Source: Minisyncoccota bacterium (GTDB lineage Bacteria; Patescibacteriota; Microgenomatia; UBA1400; PJMF01). From it: 64,000 nt of DNA. Every line of letters starts with the position of its first letter. Position 1 is the stretch's first letter. This document shows, piece after piece, positions 58,774-64,000 of this stretch. The notes beneath the pieces were generated by a model that worked only from the letters and a program-made list of their open reading frames with translations, did not search any database and was not told where the DNA came from. Position numbers and translations under genes: made by a program. Location: the NCBI GenBank assembly GCA_018646985.1, contig JABGTR010000022.1:4343-68342 (forward strand). The letters are read 5' to 3'.

Positions 58774-58799
58774 TGCAGTGACTAGTGGACTCGAACCTA
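58774..58799 (-). repeat. tRNA 3'-end-like repeat, copy 2 (att-like remnant)
   Basis: Minus strand TAGGTTCGAGTCCACTAGTCACTGCA = T-loop plus 3' T-stem and acceptor strand, with no 5' half. Confidence 0.7.
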
Positions 58800-58815
58800 A
58801 AAAAATAACTGAGTG

Positions 58816-58899
58816 TGCCGTGGGAGAGAATCGAACTCTCACGAAGTTGCCTTCATGGGTTTTTGAGACCCACGCGTCTACCAATTCCGCCACCACGGC
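58816..58899 (-). tRNA. tRNA-Leu(CAA)
   Basis: GCCGTGG...CCACGGC-A; anticodon arm TGGGT-CTCAAAA-ACCCA; long variable arm GAAGGCAACTTC. Confidence 0.95.
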
Positions 58900-58947
58900 T
58901 TAATGCTTGATATTATATCCTAAATCAGTCATCATAATTATACAATT

Positions 58948-59181
58948 ATGCCACCCGTCGAAGTTATCGTTCAATCTGCTTTTAATGTCAATAATATTTG
59001 GTGGCTAGTCATCAAAACTGTGATCTGGTTTTCAGTTGCACTAATTATCATCATCAAAACTGACTCACCTCACCCCGAAAGAGCTTTCAAAAGCCTTAAA
59101 TCTACATTGGGATTTTTTCTGATGTTTATTTTTCTATCTACGGGATTGCTGTATCTACTCTTTGGCCAAGTACCAACCTAA
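58948..59181 (+). CDS. Small two-TM hypothetical protein
   Basis: 77 aa with two hydrophobic helices; -10-like elements just upstream. Confidence 0.6.
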   Translation: MPPVEVIVQSAFNVNNIWWLVIKTVIWFSVALIIIIKTDSPHPERAFKSLKSTLGFFLMFIFLSTGLLYLLFGQVPT

Positions 59182-60491
59182 GCTGTCGGCTTAGCAGCCA
59201 TATCAAAGAATTTAATTCTGTCACCTCTAAAAAAGAGATCTACTGTCGCTAGTGCTCCATTACGATGCTTAGCAATTTTGAGCTTCATAGATTCTCTAAT
59301 ATCATCATCTTCTCGGTATAAAAACATGACTACGTCTGCGTCTTGCTCAATAGAACCAGATTCTCTTAGATCTGATAATTGAGGAGCTTTTTCACCACGG
59401 CTCTCTACAGAACGGTTAAGCTGTGACAATGCAAGAACTGGAATCTTTAACTCACGAGCGATATTCTTTAATCCTTGTGAAATCTCACCCACCTCTTGAA
59501 CGCGATTGTCGCGAGTCTGGCCATGAGCCAACTGCAAATAGTCCATTACAATTAAATCTACGTTCTGTTCAGTAGCCAATCTTCTAGCCTTAGTTCTCAT
59601 TTCATAGATAGACATACCAGGAGTATCATCAATAAATAACGGTGCATCAGCTAAAACACCCATGGCGTCTGAAAGCTTCAAGAAGTCTTGTTGATCTAAT
59701 CGACCAGTTTTTAACTTCCAAGCATCGATATCTGCTTGCGAAACCAATAGACGATCCACTAACTCCTCTTTACTCATTTCTAGAGAAAAGAAACCCACTT
59801 TTTTAGCAGCACTAGCTGCTACATAGTGAGCGATATTTAAAGCCAGAGCTGTCTTACCCATACCAGGTCTAGCGGCCAAAATAATTAAATTAGAACGCTG
59901 CAGACCAGCTGTAACTTGATCCAGATCATTAAATCCAGTCGGCACTCCCCGCAACTCACCTCCAGAGCGTTGTAGCTCATCTAAGCGCTCAAAACTCTCC
60001 ACCAAAGTATCTTTCAATGGAGTAAAAGATTTATCACTTCTAGTTTGAGAGACTTTAAAAACTTTCTGTTCCGCAATATCCATCAACTCACCCGACTCAA
60101 CACCGTCATCAAAGGCCTTCTCAGCTAACTCTCCAGAGAGCTTAATCATTCGTCGTCTGACATGAGTTTCAATGATTAATTTGGCGTAATGTTCAACATT
60201 AGCAGCTGTAGAAACTAAGTTAGACAGCTCAGCAATTCGAGAAGCACCGCCGGCTTGTTTCAGTTGTTTTTGTTTTTTGAGTTGATTGGTTAAGGTAACT
60301 GCGTCAATAGGGCTGCGAGCCTCATATAAAGTCTCCATTGCCTGGTAAATAGCTTGATGGGCTGGACTGTAAAAAGCGTCTGGACGTAAAATCTCACCAA
60401 TTTTAATAATTGCTTCCAAATCAATTAAAACAGAGCCTAAAACTGACTCTTCAGCATCGATATTATGAGGAGGTACTCTTTTATCAACCAT
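59178..60491 (-). CDS. dnaB: Replicative DNA helicase
   Basis: PPHNIDAEESVLG, AARPGMGKT, FSLEMS, DYLQL, LSQLNR, DLRESGSIEQDAD, AKHRNG. Confidence 0.97.
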   Translation of the reverse strand: MVDKRVPPHNIDAEESVLGSVLIDLEAIIKIGEILRPDAFYSPAHQAIYQAMETLYEARSPIDAVTLTNQLKKQKQLKQAGGASRIAELSNLVSTAANVEHYAKLIIETHVRRRMIKLSGELAEKAFDDGVESGELMDIAEQKVFKVSQTRSDKSFTPLKDTLVESFERLDELQRSGGELRGVPTGFNDLDQVTAGLQRSNLIILAARPGMGKTALALNIAHYVAASAAKKVGFFSLEMSKEELVDRLLVSQADIDAWKLKTGRLDQQDFLKLSDAMGVLADAPLFIDDTPGMSIYEMRTKARRLATEQNVDLIVMDYLQLAHGQTRDNRVQEVGEISQGLKNIARELKIPVLALSQLNRSVESRGEKAPQLSDLRESGSIEQDADVVMFLYREDDDIRESMKLKIAKHRNGALATVDLFFRGDRIKFFDMAAKPTA

Positions 60492-60550
60492 GTAGTTATC
60501 TGGGCAGAACTTGACTAATATTTTAAGAAATTAAGTATCAACAGTATACC

Positions 60551-61210
60551 CTATCCCCGTCGCAGCACCACCACTTCTGTTTCCTCTGGTAAACGAGATC
60601 TATCCATATTCAATTTCTCTTCAGCTTCGACTTCAACACCATACTCTTTCAAAAACTCTTCTAAAGTAGACACCTCTCCAAAAGTTTTTTCATCATGGGC
60701 TGGGGTTTTATAATGCATTGGAATCACAATGCTGGGCTCTAGAGACTTAATTGTTTTGACAGCAAGCTTAGGATCAATAGTAAAAACTCCACCAACTGGG
60801 CAAAGAAGAACATCAACTGAGCCAATTTTTTTGATCTGTTCCGGGCTCAACTCATGGCCTAAATCTCCCAAATGACAAACCCGCATCTCATCTAATAAGA
60901 AGGTAAAGATTATATTTGTTCCTCTGTCTTCACCCTCCGATTGATCGTGAGATGTTTTTACCCCAAATACAGAGATGCCACCTACCTCATACTCGCCAGG
61001 AGCATTGATCACAAATGGTTGATCTCTGCGAGCTGTCTTACCAACTTTACCCACTTGATTATGATCTTCATGATCATGAGAAGTAGTGACAATATCAGCA
61101 CTTGTTTTGGGAAAATCAAAGCCTATTGAAGAGCTAAAAGGATCAGTCACGACTGAGCCATCTTTGCCTTTTAATTTAAAACTAGAGTGTCCATTGTAGG
61201 TAATAATCAT
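60551..61210 (-). CDS. Metallo-beta-lactamase-fold hydrolase
   Basis: GHSSF, TDPF, SHDHEDH, HLGDLG, IPMHY. Confidence 0.88.
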   Translation of the reverse strand: MIITYNGHSSFKLKGKDGSVVTDPFSSSIGFDFPKTSADIVTTSHDHEDHNQVGKVGKTARRDQPFVINAPGEYEVGGISVFGVKTSHDQSEGEDRGTNIIFTFLLDEMRVCHLGDLGHELSPEQIKKIGSVDVLLCPVGGVFTIDPKLAVKTIKSLEPSIVIPMHYKTPAHDEKTFGEVSTLEEFLKEYGVEVEAEEKLNMDRSRLPEETEVVVLRRG

Positions 61211-61235
61211 ATGTAAGGTATAATAAGATACTTAA

Positions 61236-61715
61236 ATGAAAAAAGAAATGCTCATCTCAGTATTAGTCGGACTCTTCTTCGGGCTAATTATTGTTTATGG
61301 AGTTTATACAGCCCAGAGCTCATTAGCTAAACCAGAACTAACCACCGAAAAACTAGAGGTTAGCCCTTCAGTAGAAGCAGAAAATGAGACTACCGGCATT
61401 CTCTCTATCCACAGTCCAGAGGATGAAACTATCGTCAACGAGCCTGTTACCACTATTACCGGAACTACTATTGCCGATAGCTACGTGGTTATATTTATAA
61501 ATGATAAGGAATCAATTACTAACGCTGATGAATCTGGTAATTTCTCCATTGAAGGTGAGTTGGAATTAGGGAGCAATATCATTGAAGTCCATGTAATCGA
61601 TAGCGATGGCAAGGTAGTAGTCAAAGAAAGAACTATCATCTACACTACTAAACCACTAGTTGAAGAAAGTAGTGAAGTTGCTACCGATTCTGCAAAAGTA
61701 GATCAAGGTGAATAA
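61236..61715 (+). CDS. Membrane-anchored Ig-like domain protein
   Basis: N-terminal TM; LSIHSPED, TITGTT, ADESGNFS, LELGSNIIEV. Confidence 0.7.
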   Translation: MKKEMLISVLVGLFFGLIIVYGVYTAQSSLAKPELTTEKLEVSPSVEAENETTGILSIHSPEDETIVNEPVTTITGTTIADSYVVIFINDKESITNADESGNFSIEGELELGSNIIEVHVIDSDGKVVVKERTIIYTTKPLVEESSEVATDSAKVDQGE

Positions 61716-61718
61716 AAA

Positions 61719-62408
61719 ATGAAAAAAATCTTATTTTCTATACTAACCTTACTAGTCCTAGTCATTGTTAAGCCTGCTATGGCTCAGGAGGCAACCACCT
61801 CAGGCTCACCTAGCCCAGCTGAAACCACCCAAGAGCTAAAAGAGAGAATCCAAAGAATTGTTGAAGAAAAAAGTGATCAGATTAAAGGTGTCATTGATCA
61901 AATATCGCAGCAAAAACGGGGCTTTATCGGTCAAGTAGAACGCGTTACTGAAGAGAGTTTAACTATTACCAATACTAAAGGCACTGAAATTATTCCTTTT
62001 GATGAAAACGTATCTTTACTTAAATCTAATCAGGAAATCTCAATCGATGATGTAGCTGTTGGTGATTGGCTAGTAGTAATGGGATTAATCATTGATGATG
62101 CTTTTACCCCCAAAAGAATTCTGGTCTCTTCGGTAAGTATTCGACCTAAGAATCACCTGGTGGCCATGGGTACAATTATTGATCAATCTTCAAAAGAAAT
62201 AACGATCCTATCAAGACAAAATGAAGAGCTAGTTTTTAAAACTGGAACAAAAACTAAGTACCAAGATCGAAGTGGTGAAACTGCTTTTAAGAATGACTTC
62301 ACCGAAGACATTCAGGTCTTAATAATTGGAGACGAAGACGACGAGAGCAAGAATGCCTCTATTATTAGATCTCTGGTTTCATTAGAGGCACTCCAAGACA
62401 ATGAGTAA
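61719..62408 (+). CDS. Secreted protein with two OB-fold-like (DUF5666-like) repeats
   Basis: Signal peptide ending AMA|Q; GQVERVTEESLTI and GTIIDQSSKEITI repeats; DDVAVGDWLVVMG. Confidence 0.6.
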   Translation: MKKILFSILTLLVLVIVKPAMAQEATTSGSPSPAETTQELKERIQRIVEEKSDQIKGVIDQISQQKRGFIGQVERVTEESLTITNTKGTEIIPFDENVSLLKSNQEISIDDVAVGDWLVVMGLIIDDAFTPKRILVSSVSIRPKNHLVAMGTIIDQSSKEITILSRQNEELVFKTGTKTKYQDRSGETAFKNDFTEDIQVLIIGDEDDESKNASIIRSLVSLEALQDNE

Positions 62409-63474
62409 ATTTGCAGATAGAATTAATAAGCTCAGTCAATTTTTGAGTGAAAATCAAGGCTTACTGCTCTCTGTCCCCACTGATATTGCTTACCTGACGG
62501 GCTTCAATCATCTGGTTCCTGAAGAAAGAGAGTCTTTTCTCTTAATCACCCCTACTACCAATATCTTCTTCCACGCTAGTTTCTCTCCTTTTCAATCTCC
62601 ACCTGGAATAAATGCTCATAAAGGCTGTGCTCTCAGCAAAGTTGGAACTGAAATTAAAAAATTACACCAAAAAGAAAACCTCAAAGAGCTCTTGGTTGAT
62701 AAATCTAATTTATTTGTCGATGAATACGAAGCTCTAGATAAGCTCTCATTCTTAAAAATAGCTGGTTTTGATCGTCAACACATCTGGAAACTGAGAACTA
62801 TTAAGGATGAAGGAGAGGTTGAGAATCTTAAAAAAGCGGCCCAAATCACCCAGCAAGCAGTGACTGCAGCAATTAAGATGCTAAAAGTGGGCATGACTGA
62901 AATTCAACTCAAAGAAATTATTGAAACTGAACTCAAAAAATTTGGCTCAGAAAAACCAGCCTTTCCGACTATTGTCGCTTTTGGCCCCAACTCTGCTCTA
63001 CCTCACCATCAGCCTACCGAGATGGCACTTAAATTAGAGATGCCAATCTTAATAGACCTGGGAGGAACGGTGAATGGATATCATGGTGACATGACTAGAA
63101 CTATTTGGTTTGGTGAGAGTCCAGATGCTGAATTTTTAAAGATTGAGGAAAATGTAAAAACAGCTTATCAAGCAGCAGTAGCTGTACTTAAAAATCGTCA
63201 AAATGATCAGATTTTAGCTAAAAACTTAGATCACGCTGCGAGGAGTACTATCACTGAGGCTGGTTATGGTAAAAATTTTATCCACACCACCGGGCACGGG
63301 CTGGGATTAGATCTACATGAGAACCTCTCCTTAAACTGGAACAATGAGCAACCTATTTTGCCGCAGATGGTAATTACTATTGAGCCAGGTATTTATTTGG
63401 AAGGAAAGTTTGGCTATCGGTATGAGAATATGATCCTGGTGACAGAAGATGGTGCGTTGGAGATGATGACGTAA
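62401..63474 (+). CDS. Xaa-Pro aminopeptidase (M24B)
   Basis: LRTIKDEGE, PHH, IDLG, YHGDMTRT, HTTGHGLGL, TIEPGIY, RYEN. Confidence 0.92.
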   Translation: MSKFADRINKLSQFLSENQGLLLSVPTDIAYLTGFNHLVPEERESFLLITPTTNIFFHASFSPFQSPPGINAHKGCALSKVGTEIKKLHQKENLKELLVDKSNLFVDEYEALDKLSFLKIAGFDRQHIWKLRTIKDEGEVENLKKAAQITQQAVTAAIKMLKVGMTEIQLKEIIETELKKFGSEKPAFPTIVAFGPNSALPHHQPTEMALKLEMPILIDLGGTVNGYHGDMTRTIWFGESPDAEFLKIEENVKTAYQAAVAVLKNRQNDQILAKNLDHAARSTITEAGYGKNFIHTTGHGLGLDLHENLSLNWNNEQPILPQMVITIEPGIYLEGKFGYRYENMILVTEDGALEMMT

Positions 63475-63475
63475 G

Positions 63476-63549
63476 TGGTGGACTCACCGGGAATCGAACC
63501 CGGAATTTACCCATGCGAAGGGTATGGTATACCGTTTACCTATGAGCCC
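63476..63549 (-). tRNA. tRNA-Ala(CGC)
   Basis: GGGCTCA...TGAGTCC-A-CCA with G3:U70; anticodon arm TACCC-TTCGCAT-GGGTA; CCA encoded. Confidence 0.9.
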
Positions 63550-63582
63550 CTGAAGTGAATATTTTACCGTATAATAACACTT

Positions 63583-63870
63583 ATGATAAAACAAACAGAT
63601 GATCTACTAGCTGCTTTTGAGCAACTTAAGAATAAAAAAGAAATTAAAAACTTTCTCAGAGACTTGCTTTCTCCAGCAGAAAAAGATGAATTTGAAACTC
63701 GCTTCCAAATAGCTAAATTACTTTGGACTACAGAGATGTCTTACGCCAAAATTGCCCAAAAACTCAACACTAGCACCACTACTGTCACTCGAGTGGCTAG
63801 ATTCTTACATAAGGAACCATACAAAGGATATAAGACAGTCTTAGAAAGACTTTATCCTCAAAAAAGCTAA
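63583..63870 (+). CDS. YerC/YecD family TrpR-related protein
   Basis: FLRDLLSPAE, RFQIAKLL, SYAKIAQKLNTSTTTVTRVAR, GY. Confidence 0.88.
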   Translation: MIKQTDDLLAAFEQLKNKKEIKNFLRDLLSPAEKDEFETRFQIAKLLWTTEMSYAKIAQKLNTSTTTVTRVARFLHKEPYKGYKTVLERLYPQKS

Positions 63871-64000
63871 GCTACTGATAAACCTAAGTGCAGCTCAACC
63901 CCATCAACTCGCTCAATCGTTCTACTAAACTTTTTATTAGTATCTTTTACTTCAACTAATACCTCTTCTATTAAACTCTCCATTTTATCGAATCTATCAT
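63867..64000 (-). CDS. 3' end of a coiled-coil hypothetical protein (enters from the window edge)
   Basis: Open frame DRFDKMESLIEEVLVEVKDTNKKFSRTIERVDGVELHLGLSVA* ending at TAG 63867. Confidence 0.55.
   Translation of the reverse strand, partial: DRFDKMESLIEEVLVEVKDTNKKFSRTIERVDGVELHLGLSVA

Noticed and set aside
58774-58799. A sixth intact tRNA gene
   Set aside because: Only the T-loop and 3' strand are present; there is no D-arm or anticodon arm and the T-stem does not pair fully

Overview
A 64-kb stretch of core chromosome from a small-genome, low-GC bacterium using genetic code 11. It is most likely Patescibacteria/CPR, Microgenomates-like, inferred from the domain-truncated trigger factor, PheT, EF-Ts and YebC, the DUF5660/DUF5656-type genes, the long type IV pilus cluster and the pervasive leaderless starts. 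Contents: miaA/miaB, tig, infC-rpmI-rplT-pheST, PBP1A, tyrS, recG-rpmF-nusB-(ACP-like)-rnc-rpsP-khpA, a 12-kb type IV pilus locus, holB-gyrB-ppaC-gyrA, a Xer recombinase, yebC, tgt, rpsB-tsf, folD-nfo-aminotransferase-glyA, rluA-family/lspA/lgt, dnaB, a Xaa-Pro peptidase, five tRNAs (all on the minus strand) and three toxin-antitoxin modules. The most striking feature is the 1.5-kb ORF-free region next to xer (39467-40951). It holds an oriC-like unwinding module (GC tetramer, DnaA-trios, AT-rich tract, two TTWTNCACA boxes) and, about 600 bp away, a symmetric dif-like site. By eye the strand composition does not invert across it, which suggests a co-located origin and terminus with essentially unidirectional chromosome replication (hypothesis). 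Also notable: a pheM-like leader-peptide attenuator upstream of pheS, tRNA-3'-end repeats bracketing a HAD gene, an ACP-like protein lacking its carrier serine, and compact bidirectional leaderless promoters. All calls come from reading motifs by eye; no searches were run.
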